From an uncultured virus (IMG/VR IMGVR_UViG_3300030380_002827) (taxonomy: Duplodnaviria > Heunggongvirae > Uroviricota > Caudoviricetes): DNA of 63,014 bases. Positions 42,501-51,314 of this stretch are shown in pieces (the stretch's first letter is position 1; the number at the start of each line of letters is the position of its first letter). The DNA lies in IMG/VR virus record IMGVR_UViG_3300030380_002827; one strand, 5' to 3'. The position numbers were made by a program, and so were the translations under genes. The notes under the pieces were generated by a model. The model worked only from the letters and a program-made list of their open reading frames with translations, was not told where the DNA came from and made no database searches.

Positions 42501-45500
42501 CTAGGTAAACACTTTCGACTTCACCAAGAACCAGAGGTGAAAACTCAGGTTGAATAACAGTTGTACTACCAATAGCAGATAAACTTTCAACATTAACAAC
42601 AATCGGAGGATATCTGAAGGTATGTCTACCAGAACCGAATCCACGAATGACAGTTGGCTTGTTTTTGTTGTAATTGGTAAGATTTCTTTGTGTAACAACT
42701 CCAACATCACATAATCTGAATCTATTATTGTCAATTACTTTAACTGCATACTGTGTAGTTGTAGAAAGACCACTTGCAATGGTTCCCTCTGTAGAATACT
42801 CAATAATCTCACCATTATTGAAGTTATGATTAAATGCAAGAACGTAATCGTCTGATGTGCTGATACCTGACTGCACATCACCGTTAGTTGGTCTGCCTTG
42901 AATGATAACTTTCTTGTTTGAGTAACCAGACCCAGAATTTTTGACGTAGATCCTAGTAATTGTGTTTTTCGCTTGCACAGTTGTTAGACTGTGGAAACCA
43001 AAACTGATATTTCCGATATTTACAGTATTGATGCCTGCTTTTGCATCTTCGGGTGTCTTATGTAACTTGATTGTCTTCTCATTGATGACACCAGCGTAAT
43101 ATGTTGATCCATCAACAATATTAACGATAGGAGTGTTACCTCTAGAGTCATATACAATACCTTCTCCAGATTCAAAGTTATGTCTTATTTGGAAAGTGAT
43201 ACTTTCATCAAATGTATCAACAGATGTACCGTCAGCCTTAAAGTTAGCTACGATACGACCTCTGACTAAGTTAGACTCAAGGACGGCACCAGTTCCGTTA
43301 CCACCAGTAACAGTAATCTTGGGTTTTTCCTGATATCCGATGCCAGGAGTAACCAGTTTAACTTCTCTGAAAGATCCAGACACATTAGCATGAGCAACAG
43401 CACCAGTTCCCTGTTGATCGTTGATGACGAGTGGAGGTCCTGTGATAACATCATAATCTTTACCAGAATTAGTAACTTTAATCTCTGTGATGTCACCGTG
43501 GAAGATCTGTTCATCAAAAACAGTAGGAGGAAACAGTTCAACACCGTTTGCTAACAATCCTACAGGTCTGTTGTTGATTTGTCTTTGATTCTTATCGTCG
43601 AATAAAGTCTGTTGCTTGTAATTAGGATACTTTCTAAGAATCTTTTGATTTTTAAGAGTTTTGTTCTCCCATCCTGACTTGTAGATGAACTGTCCAGAAG
43701 TATCAGTCTTGACAGCGATATATTTCTTAGCAAATACATCAGAACCACTATATGACAAGTAGAAGTCAGTTTGGTTGATAGCAGTTACAAAGTAGATACC
43801 AGTGCTGATACCACTATTGGTTGTATTGTCCCAATAGATCTTATCACCAGTCACATAGTTGTGATTTAGGAGTTGATTAGTGTTCGCTCCTACGGTGAAT
43901 GAGGGGTCGTAAGATTGTAGGGTATAAGTAAACCCACCACCGAGTAAAGGTGTCCCAAAACCGTCTACAACCTCCACTGGGGAACTTTTTGTAAAGACCT
44001 TGTTGTCAGTTGCAAAGATTGGATAGTTAGGTAGACCAGAAGAAGTGATATAGAAGAATTCGTCATTCTTGTCTAAGTAACTATTCTGAATACCAACAGG
44101 GAAGTCGTCTACGCCTGGGAAATAGTCTGAGTTGTGAGATGCTTTAGTAACTGTTTTTGTAATTACAGTTGGATTAGATGGAATTGTTGTGGCAGTCTGA
44201 ACAACAATAGTATTTGCATAAATCTTGGAAGTATTGGTTGCATCATACTCAATATCTTTAACTGTAATACGAGCAGAGTCTCCATTTTGATTTTTGATGA
44301 CTAAAACTTCATCAATGTAGAAAACAACAGAATCGAAGATGTTAATTCTGAAAGTGTTGACGTTTACCTGACTAACTTTAGAAATATTATGACTGGAAGG
44401 GATATTATAGATCCAGTTATTGAATTGAGGTTGTTGTCCTAAGTCTTTACCGAATGAAAGCAATTTAAGACTGTCACCAATTTGCATATTGGTGGATTGA
44501 CTTGCATCTGCATCATCAATGACGTTCACAAGTCTAAATTGCATTATAGATGTTTGACCAAAACCAGCATAAGCATATGCAAGTTTATTTTCAAGAATAT
44601 CTGCACCAAATATCAAGTCTGTAGAGATCCCAGAAACGCCTAGGAACTGATTAATAGTTTTATCGTTATAACTGACGTTTAGGAAGTTAGCACCCTTTGT
44701 AGGTCTTACAAGAAGGGTTCCAGACTGTCCAAACCCAACTGTAGAGTCAACTACAATCGTACTTGACGCAGCACCGATGACCTCAAGTGTTTTTGTCTTA
44801 CCAGGCACTTGGAAATTGCCATCAAATGATGTAGCATCCAATGATAACTCAAAAAAGTCAACTTGATTGATTGGTCTGTACTCTACATTGTAGATTGAAG
44901 CACTTACAGTACCAATTCCAGCAACATCTTGGAATAAGAAGTTACCAATAGATTCTAATGGTTGTCCACCAAAGAGGTTTTCAACTAAAACGTGTTTGGT
45001 TTTGAAATATACGTTTGCAGACGGAGTTATAGTTCTGTCAATCGGTTTGAGGAGTTCAATATCCTCACCGTATAGAAGTTTAAAGAGAATCTGGTATGAA
45101 GCGTCAGTTCCCTTCGACATGTAGAAGTCTTTTGCCCTAGTAAGAATATTAGTGACAGATGTTCCACTAATAAAACTTCTATTTTCAAATCCAGGCAAGA
45201 ATTCAGTCTTGAATTTTGAAAAGAATGTCTGTAAGAATAGATTACTTAAATTTAAGACTGCCGATCCAGCTGGATGTGAAGTTGCAACTGTTTCACTGAA
45301 CTGTAGAAACTCGGCATCGTCATCTTTTGATATTTGATCGATACCACTGAATCCTCTAGCACAATCAACAAAGGATGTGGCAGTTTTGGACTTGTAAGTT
45401 ATAATTTCGTTCTCAATCTTCAACAAACCATATGTGTCTGGCCAACCAACTGTTGAAGCAACTTGAATTACGCTATCACCAGCAAAACAAGAGTCAGCAA

Positions 45501-45714
45501 GAGCTGTAGCTGGTATTAAAGTCTCATTATTGAAGGCACTAATCTGTCTGTACTCAGCAAGGTTGTTTGCCAAGTCAACGATACCTGATTGATGTTCCTG
45601 AGATTGATAATACTGATCTAGGAAGGCCTGGAACATTGCAGACTCTTCGTTAATGAACTCAGGAATCTGAGACTCAACTAAATGAGATATCTTTACTCTT
45701 TTAATATCTGTCAT
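36574..45714 (-). CDS. gp7: Baseplate wedge initiator gp7-like protein with an internal YHYH-like domain
   Basis: 3046 aa; QIPEFI..E...F..FL.QYY, AKDFY.SKGT..SY..LFKLLYG, HSPILGFAYDGNPIYGPYG and DNFYFQKFSY.IKS......W...V...VHP.GF motifs; follows gp6. Confidence 0.8.
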   Translation of the reverse strand: MTDIKRVKISHLVESQIPEFINEESAMFQAFLDQYYQSQEHQSGIVDLANNLAEYRQISAFNNETLIPATALADSCFAGDSVIQVASTVGWPDTYGLLKIENEIITYKSKTATSFVDCARGFSGIDQISKDDDAEFLQFSETVATSHPAGSAVLNLSNLFLQTFFSKFKTEFLPGFENRSFISGTSVTNILTRAKDFYMSKGTDASYQILFKLLYGEDIELLKPIDRTITPSANVYFKTKHVLVENLFGGQPLESIGNFLFQDVAGIGTVSASIYNVEYRPINQVDFFELSLDATSFDGNFQVPGKTKTLEVIGAASSTIVVDSTVGFGQSGTLLVRPTKGANFLNVSYNDKTINQFLGVSGISTDLIFGADILENKLAYAYAGFGQTSIMQFRLVNVIDDADASQSTNMQIGDSLKLLSFGKDLGQQPQFNNWIYNIPSSHNISKVSQVNVNTFRINIFDSVVFYIDEVLVIKNQNGDSARITVKDIEYDATNTSKIYANTIVVQTATTIPSNPTVITKTVTKASHNSDYFPGVDDFPVGIQNSYLDKNDEFFYITSSGLPNYPIFATDNKVFTKSSPVEVVDGFGTPLLGGGFTYTLQSYDPSFTVGANTNQLLNHNYVTGDKIYWDNTTNSGISTGIYFVTAINQTDFYLSYSGSDVFAKKYIAVKTDTSGQFIYKSGWENKTLKNQKILRKYPNYKQQTLFDDKNQRQINNRPVGLLANGVELFPPTVFDEQIFHGDITEIKVTNSGKDYDVITGPPLVINDQQGTGAVAHANVSGSFREVKLVTPGIGYQEKPKITVTGGNGTGAVLESNLVRGRIVANFKADGTSVDTFDESITFQIRHNFESGEGIVYDSRGNTPIVNIVDGSTYYAGVINEKTIKLHKTPEDAKAGINTVNIGNISFGFHSLTTVQAKNTITRIYVKNSGSGYSNKKVIIQGRPTNGDVQSGISTSDDYVLAFNHNFNNGEIIEYSTEGTIASGLSTTTQYAVKVIDNNRFRLCDVGVVTQRNLTNYNKNKPTVIRGFGSGRHTFRYPPIVVNVESLSAIGSTTVIQPEFSPLVLGEVESVYLEEGGIGYGCTNIMDFHRRPDVGISTVVFNALLKPIIIDGSIVDVQILASGKGYREDSDINIFSPTGDFADIRPVITGDKITGVRVLDGGIGYDSATTTLDLQNRGKSAKFIANVREWKINQVQKNDAIISDEDSLLTKPSTNPAFQLQTIGIYPPQKLRFQLGDNIDSGNLETPNAFHSPILGFAYDGNPIYGPYGYQTPTGGAVRRLQSGYILDTTLRSGLRPPGFAFGYFTNDYLFDNSGDLDVHGGRYCVTPQYPDGTYAYFYSVDVDSSGVAKPKFPYLLGGSFKDSPIEENFTTFFNQDIDITERELTRNVAPYYLSYGNSDYELIDDVKDALKQEFEVTKTKSAGISSVTIFSRGDGYKVDDVLELDNSGTDGTGANIVIGSVLGKAVDSVQIGVTTFRETELVKTKETITGVTTVPHGIASGESVILSGISTADFTEFNGIRKVSVITRTSGLSQFLDNVTNTGVSTAIFVTDVRGFEPGDTIGIGTEIMTVTNIDTRFSRLFINRENYVGAAMTHAVGTNNIVLKPTKFSFPVGNSTVTRFTFENNTTFFNPQETVGVGSTGTHYDIPLTGLNTSAAQTIENRFVPQQRIFIKGHTFFTGQELTYNMGIGGTSIVWAKVSAGATSGIGTQVLENDSSVYAINFEQDYIGLSTTGIPTTGDAVWFYNVASNSGFAHSFRTNFPKVTTKVERFFGEVGVSSVHELLTGDIITLDALPQAAETVELRYDPVISKITTAKVGFSRSDFTDDLRSFNIGDDDFQSGDKVVYYDNGNTIGGLVHNETYFVLREDIDNIKLCKYKSDVFESNPVAITTITTPSSTNPSFIAKINPSLEFITGNIITFDVSDQSLLDMKLDFFEDLNFTQRLDVNGTNATGFNILRDGISGNVGSTVKVKTNTDWPKKTFYNLTPVVPSDARKLYGSSDMDVTGRNNITFKNVVLKTDHEIIRKDDKTFTFNLKEKPTAPQRLISRVGVSTITYSTASKNARGPIASTKINFPGKGYTVLPKVIGFASTQGRDGIVKVSSPEIGQIDIIERIKDGFDYPTDPTLLPFLSVPAIVDISGIARMDEIQVVDGGTRYNQPPTLAVRGNDKVKIAATVKGGSVDKVDIIENAFEFSEPLSVITTNNSNGYDIDAITHSGTSVTVELLLDPQFNLPVTTGFASTDVKLPFDVGDKVFVENCRIKPSSLANGEGNFNSSDYDFSFYTVTGVNTTNSTVTFDMGNAPGISTVTLGSYDDDFTLGSIVNFNDMAKFNMTIIDDAKFLSGEKVTSTRFEGFVAEGGWKGNISQLRLRDTIGTLRSGDTLVGEVSGLVGNVRDVNRFSVRTTLGVTRDKVTKNDMNVGILNDFSQRLSDNFYFQKFSYSIKSRLPYNTWKESVRSIVHPSGFLEFSDLIVESDPKDNLDTSKLPSNLIGYVDGKPYSGPYHVHTRADGTQVRMVGAAHTSTPHKLIYPYPPTMKVKAVDTKVDLILNIDNEIYMGKRSNFAMVTEDDQLPNGSVQRIFFPEGRPIKSFIMNKTNKVLNLDDISSGFNGSHDRTGTLVGSKQFSLSVGGEPVFKKSYNAAATANVDLALNIISIQNHNFQTGQTVLLDTQGGSKIGIATTSHTTGTKDIIMAAKASGVGGSAMFENGYNVQIPGPVTGTAVTENPPGSLFRIYGFGNPNGGLPGISTRGSGATFQVKFDFDQTTGQCISTAVTLTNGGSGYFVGDVVSIAGTDLGGTNPANILSFPVTKVTGTRTGVQTSYLNVPSTNNGSGSGAIFNITRDGNLDVTDIGIVSGGTGYASTNVISIAGTYIGGATPTDNIFLSPVELGTDVMPDELFIQKVDDVKFRISGLSTSLPFQFTGLGTGTHLLKVADPNKQALIMIDNIIQTPIKNKKLGVEVSDPVGPSDQGIAIGAGIGSLSKGDIIRMDDELIKINQIGDTTFVQARSALANSTVATDFYYDTKRVNSTVTRSDSTFATHDDNPPY

Positions 45715-47589
45715 TTATCTTGTGTAGATTGATTCGCTAGCGTAACTAGATGTTGTGACGTATGCAGTAGCAGATGTATTCTCACCAGAGGATACAACGT
45801 CAGGAAGTGCATTAACAGAACTATTGGTAACGTCTAATTGTAGATAAAGATCTTTAAGAGCGATAACATCATTAGATTGAGGAATTGCCTCAACTTGTAT
45901 CTGACCATTCGCTAAAGAAGTACCTGTTATATTTACCACATCAAGATTAATCTCTCCGTGGACGTAATCGATTGTACCAGCATCATTTTTAACGACTAAA
46001 GGTAGGTTGTTTTCAAGTTTAAAGAAAATGATCTTACCTACATCAGTTCCAGCAGTAGGAATGTCGCCCATGTAAACGGTTCCAGAGATATTACTTACGT
46101 TAAATCCTGTAGAACGTATTCCATAACCATTACGTTGTTTGAAGAACGCATTTCCGTAACAAAGTTCATAAGTTGCAAAGGTATTGATCTCAGGAGTGAT
46201 GTCCCTTCTCATTTTTACCTTTGTAATGTTAGAAGTAACACCTCTTGCAGAGTCATCAATCAAACTGACGATTTTAGAGTACTTAAATCTTCCCCCGAAA
46301 GCATTAATGTCAGATGATTGTGAATATGATGACAAAGCCTTGGTTACAGATGTCACCAGTTCAGCGGAATCTGAAATTGCGTTACTGTTAAAGTAAACAG
46401 AAGTATCAACTTCAACATAAAGATATTTGAGGTCGATAATTTCTGGTTTGATACCAGCAATCGAATATTGTTTGAGTTGTCTGGAAATATCGTCCTTTGT
46501 AATTTGTGAAAGGAAAGAACCGTTCTTCGGTTTGATGGAAATAAACACTTTTCCATACTCAGGTGGTTCGAGTTCCTCTCCACCGTAGGAGGTCACAGAT
46601 TCAACGTTAGGATACACGAATGGAATTATACCTGTGTAGTCATTTGCCGTTACTGCACGGTATTGTGAGGAGTATATACGAGGTGCTAGGTATTTGATAG
46701 AACTAATGTCTTCAATATTGTCTCCATCAGCTGCTGCCTGTGAAGTTCTGACAACTGAGATGCCTGATGTGACTGATTGACCCTGATCATCCTCCAAAAC
46801 TCCGACAAATGAGAATTTTCTAGCCTCATTTCCAAGTCTTCCATTTGACACAATGTAATTTACGGTAACTGTAGCTCCAGCAGGAGGTTTTTTACCTAAA
46901 ATACCGTCTCCAAAGAGAATTTCATATTGTTCATCTTCAATTTCTTGAATTAAGAAGAGTTTTGACGTAGCATCAACTCTTAAAATGTTATCATACAGTG
47001 TATAAATCTCTTTTGTCGTAGATTCGACGATAACACGAATAGAAGTTGAGTCAATTTGTGCGTTTGGAAGAATAAAACGTTGATTTGGTTGAGAATAATC
47101 AATCTTAAAAGTTTTTTGAAGGTAAATTCCTTCGTAAATGTTTAAATTGTTGAATCTAGCGACATTAGTTTCGTCTGTTGTTGCAACAAAGTCGTCTGGA
47201 ATTGAAAAAATGTAAGATCCGCCCTGTTGAGCACCTAAAGCAACCTGTCCAGCCTTCAAAGAAACGATTCTAGTTTCATTATCACCCATGTTTACTGAGA
47301 AATTAATGACTGCCCTAGCAGATCTAGTCGATCTGGGTACATATCCAATGTTTCTAGCAAGTGAAACAACGTTTTCTCTTAAAGTTGCACTGTCAAGGAA
47401 GCACTCATTGACTGCCATGTTGGTATTATAGGCAGTAATGTAACTATTGTACGCTAAAAGATCAATTAGAATCGAAAAGTTAGATCCTTCAAAGTCAAAA
47501 TCTGAAAAATCACTGTTCGCTCGAAGATAATCTTTGATTTGAGCTCGAAGATCAGCGAAGTCTAGGTTTGTAAATTGATTGAAAGACAT
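45715..47589 (-). CDS. gp6: Baseplate wedge subunit gp6
   Basis: LDF..LR..IKDYL.....F.DFDFEGS, DSATLRENVVSLA..IGY.P.S, FGDG..GK, Q.RAVTA.DY and YGKVFISIKP motifs. Confidence 0.92.
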   Translation of the reverse strand: MSFNQFTNLDFADLRAQIKDYLRANSDFSDFDFEGSNFSILIDLLAYNSYITAYNTNMAVNECFLDSATLRENVVSLARNIGYVPRSTRSARAVINFSVNMGDNETRIVSLKAGQVALGAQQGGSYIFSIPDDFVATTDETNVARFNNLNIYEGIYLQKTFKIDYSQPNQRFILPNAQIDSTSIRVIVESTTKEIYTLYDNILRVDATSKLFLIQEIEDEQYEILFGDGILGKKPPAGATVTVNYIVSNGRLGNEARKFSFVGVLEDDQGQSVTSGISVVRTSQAAADGDNIEDISSIKYLAPRIYSSQYRAVTANDYTGIIPFVYPNVESVTSYGGEELEPPEYGKVFISIKPKNGSFLSQITKDDISRQLKQYSIAGIKPEIIDLKYLYVEVDTSVYFNSNAISDSAELVTSVTKALSSYSQSSDINAFGGRFKYSKIVSLIDDSARGVTSNITKVKMRRDITPEINTFATYELCYGNAFFKQRNGYGIRSTGFNVSNISGTVYMGDIPTAGTDVGKIIFFKLENNLPLVVKNDAGTIDYVHGEINLDVVNITGTSLANGQIQVEAIPQSNDVIALKDLYLQLDVTNSSVNALPDVVSSGENTSATAYVTTSSYASESIYTR

Positions 47590-48005
47590 TATATTCTAGT
47601 TGATTGGAGGATAAAGTCTACATTTTGTCTTGGAAGGGTTAATCCAACGATGTCATATGCTATAGTTACATTCAAATCATTAGTATCGTAAGGAAAAGAT
47701 ATTTTAATACTCACTTCTGCGATTCTAGGTTCAAAGTTTTCCAGTAAAAGGTATATGTCATCCTCTAAACTGTAGGCCATTGCCTCATCAGGTATCTCAA
47801 ATAGAGAATTTGTGATGTCACTTCCTAGACGTGGAGCGAAAAACCTCTCTCCAAGCTGTGTTCTTACCAGATTTTCAACAGATCGCTTGATTGCATCCTC
47901 ATTTCCCAAGGCTCCAATGTCATCTGTGACAGGATGCTTTGCGAAACTAAGACTAATATCCCGAAAATACCTTTTCTGGACTAACGATCTATCGATTTTT
48001 GACAT
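47589..48005 (-). CDS. gp25: Baseplate wedge subunit gp25
   Basis: DISLSF..HPVT.DI.....EDAIKRSV.NLV.T..GERFF.P.LGS......FE and FEPR motifs. Confidence 0.92.
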   Translation of the reverse strand: MSKIDRSLVQKRYFRDISLSFAKHPVTDDIGALGNEDAIKRSVENLVRTQLGERFFAPRLGSDITNSLFEIPDEAMAYSLEDDIYLLLENFEPRIAEVSIKISFPYDTNDLNVTIAYDIVGLTLPRQNVDFILQSTRI

Positions 48006-48145
48006 TATTCACTCAGATTTTGTTTTCTTTTCTTATCATTAGCGTCATCGCCAACAACTTCACGCAACATATCGTCCGATTCCTCTGGTTTTTCGATGAA
48101 ACCATCATCGGGAACTGTAAATTGAGTGTTTTTTAACTTCATCAT
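48005..48145 (-). CDS. Small hypothetical protein (46 aa)
   Basis: Hand translation MMKLKNTQFTVPDDGFIEKPEESDDMLREVVGDDANDKKRKQNLSE; TAATG coupling to gp25; below the ORF-track cutoff. Confidence 0.6.
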   Translation of the reverse strand: MMKLKNTQFTVPDDGFIEKPEESDDMLREVVGDDANDKKRKQNLSE

Positions 48146-48167
48146 GGACAAAATTATTATCATTATG

Positions 48168-48174
48168 TATTTAG
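48168..48174 (-). promoter_or_regulatory. Late promoter variant CTAAATA at the head of the baseplate operon
   Basis: Directly downstream of the terminator and about 22 nt upstream of the 46-aa gene. Confidence 0.6.
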
Positions 48175-48178
48175 ACAC

Positions 48179-48203
48179 AAAAAAAGACCCTTTTTGAGGG
48201 TCT
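48179..48203 (-). terminator. Intrinsic terminator separating accessory genes from the baseplate operon
   Basis: Minus strand reads AGACCCT-CAAAA-AGGGTCT-TTTTTT. Confidence 0.8.
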
Positions 48204-48225
48204 GTAAAAGAATTTTGAGTGAATC

Positions 48226-48378
48226 TTAGCCAGCAGCTAGTGGAGACTGATTAGAATTGGTGTTTGCGGCAGCCTTTTTGCGAGCTTGAGCACTCACATC
48301 GTACTGACCTTTGACACTGCCACTCTTTAAACCAGCGCTTTCTACATTCAATGGTGACTTTGTAGGATCTGAATCCAT
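48226..48378 (-). CDS. Small hypothetical protein (50 aa)
   Basis: Hand translation MDSDPTKSPLNVESAGLKSGSVKGQYDVSAQARKKAAANTNSNQSPLAAG; AAGGT RBS and GATAAATA (48401-48408) upstream; terminator downstream. Confidence 0.6.
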   Translation of the reverse strand: MDSDPTKSPLNVESAGLKSGSVKGQYDVSAQARKKAAANTNSNQSPLAAG

Positions 48379-48399
48379 AACTACTTACCTTTTTTTCTT

Positions 48400-48564
48400 T
48401 TATTTATCAATTTGAGCCCGTAATCGGTCTGGAGAGATACCCTCTTCAAGGTAAAACTCCAGTCTTTGTTGTGCTTGATCCTTAGTAAGACCTACATCTT
48501 GCTTCGGATCGTTTACACACCACCCAGAAGTACCCAATTCGACTACTTTGTACTTGGTTTCCAT
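48400..48564 (-). CDS. Small hypothetical protein (54 aa)
   Basis: Hand translation METKYKVVELGTSGWCVNDPKQDVGLTKDQAQQRLEFYLEEGISPDRLRAQIDK; TAATG coupling to the upstream gene. Confidence 0.65.
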   Translation of the reverse strand: METKYKVVELGTSGWCVNDPKQDVGLTKDQAQQRLEFYLEEGISPDRLRAQIDK

Positions 48565-49322
48565 TAGATAATCCTTGTTTTCTCGTGTCCAACGCGAATT
48601 TTAGGATCAATCCAGATCTCCATACCCGCTTCTTTTGCATCTAAGCAGAATGAAACGTCCTCTCCACACATATCTTGGACTTCACCTGAGTCAAAGACTT
48701 GCATTTTAGGTGCAAACCAAGGATACTTCATCTCCTTATGTTCAAATACACCGTTCTTGATGAGCAACCAACCGAATCCAGTGTAGTCAACTGTGAAAGG
48801 CTTGCGTCTACGAGAGATAGATTCAATGGTTTCGTGATTCATAACCCCACCATTCTTGGCAAAGTCCTCTTCTTCCAACCAATGTGCCACTGAAGTGGTC
48901 TTTCCATCCTCTGTGCAATACCAACCGCCAGCAATATCTTTCTGCATCCAAACCAAACGGTAGAACTTCTCTGTATCAAAGACGATATCAGAGTCAATCC
49001 AGAGTTGCCAGTCGTACTTGAGTTTACCATCCCAAGGAACTTGGTCAGGTCCACGCAATACGTTCGCACCTAGGCACTTGCAACGTGCAAAGTTAACCAT
49101 AGATGAGTAGTCTTGACTGATCTGAATTGAAGATCCATTCTGAACGAGGTCAAAACAAAGTTGAACAAAGTTCTTGAGGAAGATATATGACACGCCTCTG
49201 CCAGGCAGACAGAAGACGATCGCTTTTCCTTTTGCTAATGCCTTCGCTTCCTCAAGATTAAAATCATCCTCAACCTTCTTAGTCTTGGGAGCGTTTGCTT
49301 TTACTGTAAATCCTTTAGCCAT
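48564..49322 (-). CDS. GT-A/GT2-like glycosyltransferase, conserved in T4-like cyanophages
   Basis: DxD motif in WIDSDIVF, plus VDYTGFG.LLIK.GVFE, GEDVSFC and VGHEK. Confidence 0.75.
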   Translation of the reverse strand: MAKGFTVKANAPKTKKVEDDFNLEEAKALAKGKAIVFCLPGRGVSYIFLKNFVQLCFDLVQNGSSIQISQDYSSMVNFARCKCLGANVLRGPDQVPWDGKLKYDWQLWIDSDIVFDTEKFYRLVWMQKDIAGGWYCTEDGKTTSVAHWLEEEDFAKNGGVMNHETIESISRRRKPFTVDYTGFGWLLIKNGVFEHKEMKYPWFAPKMQVFDSGEVQDMCGEDVSFCLDAKEAGMEIWIDPKIRVGHEKTRII

Positions 49323-49344
49323 AACTTGTTGTCAGTACATAGTA

Positions 49345-49373
49345 AGTATACCACGGTCAAATCAATTTGTCCA
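49345..49373 (-). promoter_or_regulatory. Sigma70-like promoter
   Basis: TGGACA-N17-TATACT with an extended TG, upstream of the GT2-like gene. Confidence 0.6.
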
Positions 49374-49394
49374 TAGTGTTATATTATATAGTTG

Positions 49395-49562
49395 TCAATC
49401 GGTGACTTCGTTTTTGACAACTCGAATCTCCTCATGACGAAGAGCATCATCAGGATAGTGTTTGAAATATTCGGTTAAGTAATCCAGTTTATGTTTAATG
49501 TCACTCTCAGAAATGTTCTTCATAATCTGGGCTTCGCCAATATACACATTATAAGTATTCAT
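49395..49562 (-). CDS. Hypothetical protein (55 aa)
   Basis: ORF-track gene with the start moved to MNTYNVYIG. Confidence 0.55.
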   Translation of the reverse strand: MNTYNVYIGEAQIMKNISESDIKHKLDYLTEYFKHYPDDALRHEEIRVVKNEVTD

Positions 49563-49716
49563 CTTCCCATTCTGCAAGCATATCCTCTAAGTCTTTGCGA
49601 ATGTCTGGATGATACAATAAATGTGTGTCGTTCTCTAATCGGAACTGAACGGATTCGTAGATGTACTCTAATGCTTTAGTATCCAATTCAACATTCATGT
49701 CTATGGTTTGTTTCAT
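49549..49716 (-). CDS. Hypothetical protein (55 aa)
   Basis: Hand translation MKQTIDMNVELDTKALEYIYESVQFRLENDTHLLYHPDIRKDLEDMLAEWEDEYL; AGGT RBS upstream. Confidence 0.6.
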   Translation of the reverse strand: MKQTIDMNVELDTKALEYIYESVQFRLENDTHLLYHPDIRKDLEDMLAEWEDEYL

Positions 49717-49747
49717 TTAACCTATCTATACATTATAATTTTTCACT

Positions 49748-50323
49748 TCAACATAACGAGATATCTCCAGCTACAGAAACCCGATAATCAGTTGTTGAAT
49801 AATGAGGGTATACAATATGATTTATACTGCTTGGGAAAACAAGTATCGTTCCCTCCATTTCTGGTGTCAGTATGAAATTCTTCTTTTGTATTCTTCCAGT
49901 TATATCCGTGTACACTAATACAAAGTCGCCTGCTTCTGGTCGAAACCCTGGCTGTTGACTTCTTTCTTTGTTACCATCAAAAGGTATCTGCAACCAGATT
50001 ACAAACGTAAACACACTTTGATGATCGTGTATGCTTTGATAGTCTCCATCTAAAGATACTCTAGCCCAGAAACGATTCATACAAAAGTCATGACTATGAG
50101 TAGTATTCGTTAGATATGGCACCCCATAGGTATTCATATACTCTTGACAGTATGAAGACAATACAGTATTTGCAAAGTAGTTATCCTCATCATCTAACTG
50201 CTTTTGAAAACCAGTCTTATCATTGTCATCAAGATCTCCGATAAGACTCCAGAGGTAGTCACGTTCGGATTTTTTTAGGACACCTTGAACGTATCCCTGA
50301 TTCGGCAGACTCTTACACTCCAT
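49748..50323 (-). CDS. Putative 2OG-Fe(II) oxygenase
   Basis: FW......GDYQSIHDH..VFTFVIWL.IP, EG.ILVFPS...H.VYP and R.SVAG motifs. Confidence 0.75.
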   Translation of the reverse strand: MECKSLPNQGYVQGVLKKSERDYLWSLIGDLDDNDKTGFQKQLDDEDNYFANTVLSSYCQEYMNTYGVPYLTNTTHSHDFCMNRFWARVSLDGDYQSIHDHQSVFTFVIWLQIPFDGNKERSQQPGFRPEAGDFVLVYTDITGRIQKKNFILTPEMEGTILVFPSSINHIVYPHYSTTDYRVSVAGDISLC

Positions 50324-50828
50324 GTAACTTATCCCGATACTTTCTACGACCAGTGACTACCTTCTCCATTTGTTGTTCACTATAACGTGTCGTATAATAT
50401 CCCTTACTTGCTAAGAGTTTGGCAGAGTCGTCTAACGCGGTAATTTTTTGAACCATAACGATTGTAAATAACTGATCAACCTTCGTAAGTAACCATAAGT
50501 CCTTCCCCTTACAGTTTAAGAAAGTATTCAGAGCATCAACACCGCCACCCATAATATCTGGAGTAATGATATTCTGATTACTATGTGCAGCAACAATCAC
50601 TACATCATGACTGCCATCAAACTTGTCACATTCCTCTGACACAACTTCCCAGAAGTCATATGCAGAGAAATAGTCATATACCTTTCTAAACTTGAGACGA
50701 TTCTCATCTCTCGCTTTCTTTGCAAAGGGACAACGAGGTCCCTTATAGTCAGGACTAATCGGATCAGACTCCTGTAGATGAGCAATCCAATCATTCGTAA
50801 AGTCCTCCAGATGATCAAGTGGGTGCAT
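50313..50828 (-). CDS. Hypothetical protein with a CPFA motif (DUF1415-like)
   Basis: 171 aa containing PRCPFAKKA. Confidence 0.6.
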   Translation of the reverse strand: MHPLDHLEDFTNDWIAHLQESDPISPDYKGPRCPFAKKARDENRLKFRKVYDYFSAYDFWEVVSEECDKFDGSHDVVIVAAHSNQNIITPDIMGGGVDALNTFLNCKGKDLWLLTKVDQLFTIVMVQKITALDDSAKLLASKGYYTTRYSEQQMEKVVTGRRKYRDKLHGV

Positions 50829-51025
50829 TAATACGAAGACTCCTCTGTACTCATATCTCCAGTAATGACAGCATACGACAAACTATCTGTATGATACGAC
50901 TTATAGATTCTGCCCCAGATGACATCAAACTCTTCCTGATCTAGATTCTTAAACAAACACTTATTATCATAATAGATGTGATAAGTCTTTAACCCTTCAC
51001 TCTCATTGGTACTTGGATTGTCCAT
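50828..51025 (-). CDS. Hypothetical protein
   Basis: 65 aa, KTYHIYYDNKCLFKNLDQEEF; start uncertain. Confidence 0.55.
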   Translation of the reverse strand: MDNPSTNESEGLKTYHIYYDNKCLFKNLDQEEFDVIWGRIYKSYHTDSLSYAVITGDMSTEESSY

Positions 51026-51312
51026 GATCCTCCTTGTAACTCTACCATTTTAAAACACTTCTTATTGCGCTCGATCTCTAGTAACCAAGCTTCATTCGCA
51101 GTGTCTCCATATTTTACTCTAGGCTTACCCTTATAGTCAAGTATTGCTCCATCTACCATATAGTAGAGAGTATCCCATGTAAGAGTATCCGCTAGTTCAC
51201 GAGCAATAATGACTTTCTCATCATCAGTTAACTCTTCTTTCACTACGTCTGCTCGTGTCTCAACCAATTCATTCAGATTAATTCTGATGTAGGATTCATT
51301 GTAAATTGCCAT
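50989..51312 (-). CDS. Hypothetical protein, paralog of the upstream gene
   Basis: 107 aa sharing IRINLNEL[VI]E with 51315-51623. Confidence 0.7.
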   Translation of the reverse strand: MAIYNESYIRINLNELVETRADVVKEELTDDEKVIIARELADTLTWDTLYYMVDGAILDYKGKPRVKYGDTANEAWLLEIERNKKCFKMVELQGGSWTIQVPMRVKG

Positions 51313-51314
51313 AA

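Noticed and set aside
17336..45714. Inteins or introns in the very large genes
   Set aside because: The frames are continuous, I saw no intein splice-junction or homing-endonuclease motifs, and repeats account for the length.
252..49679. Short plus-strand ORFs and short nested minus-strand ORFs in the track
   Set aside because: They overlap clear genes and have shadow-frame composition. Only the 1239-aa case is long enough to report.
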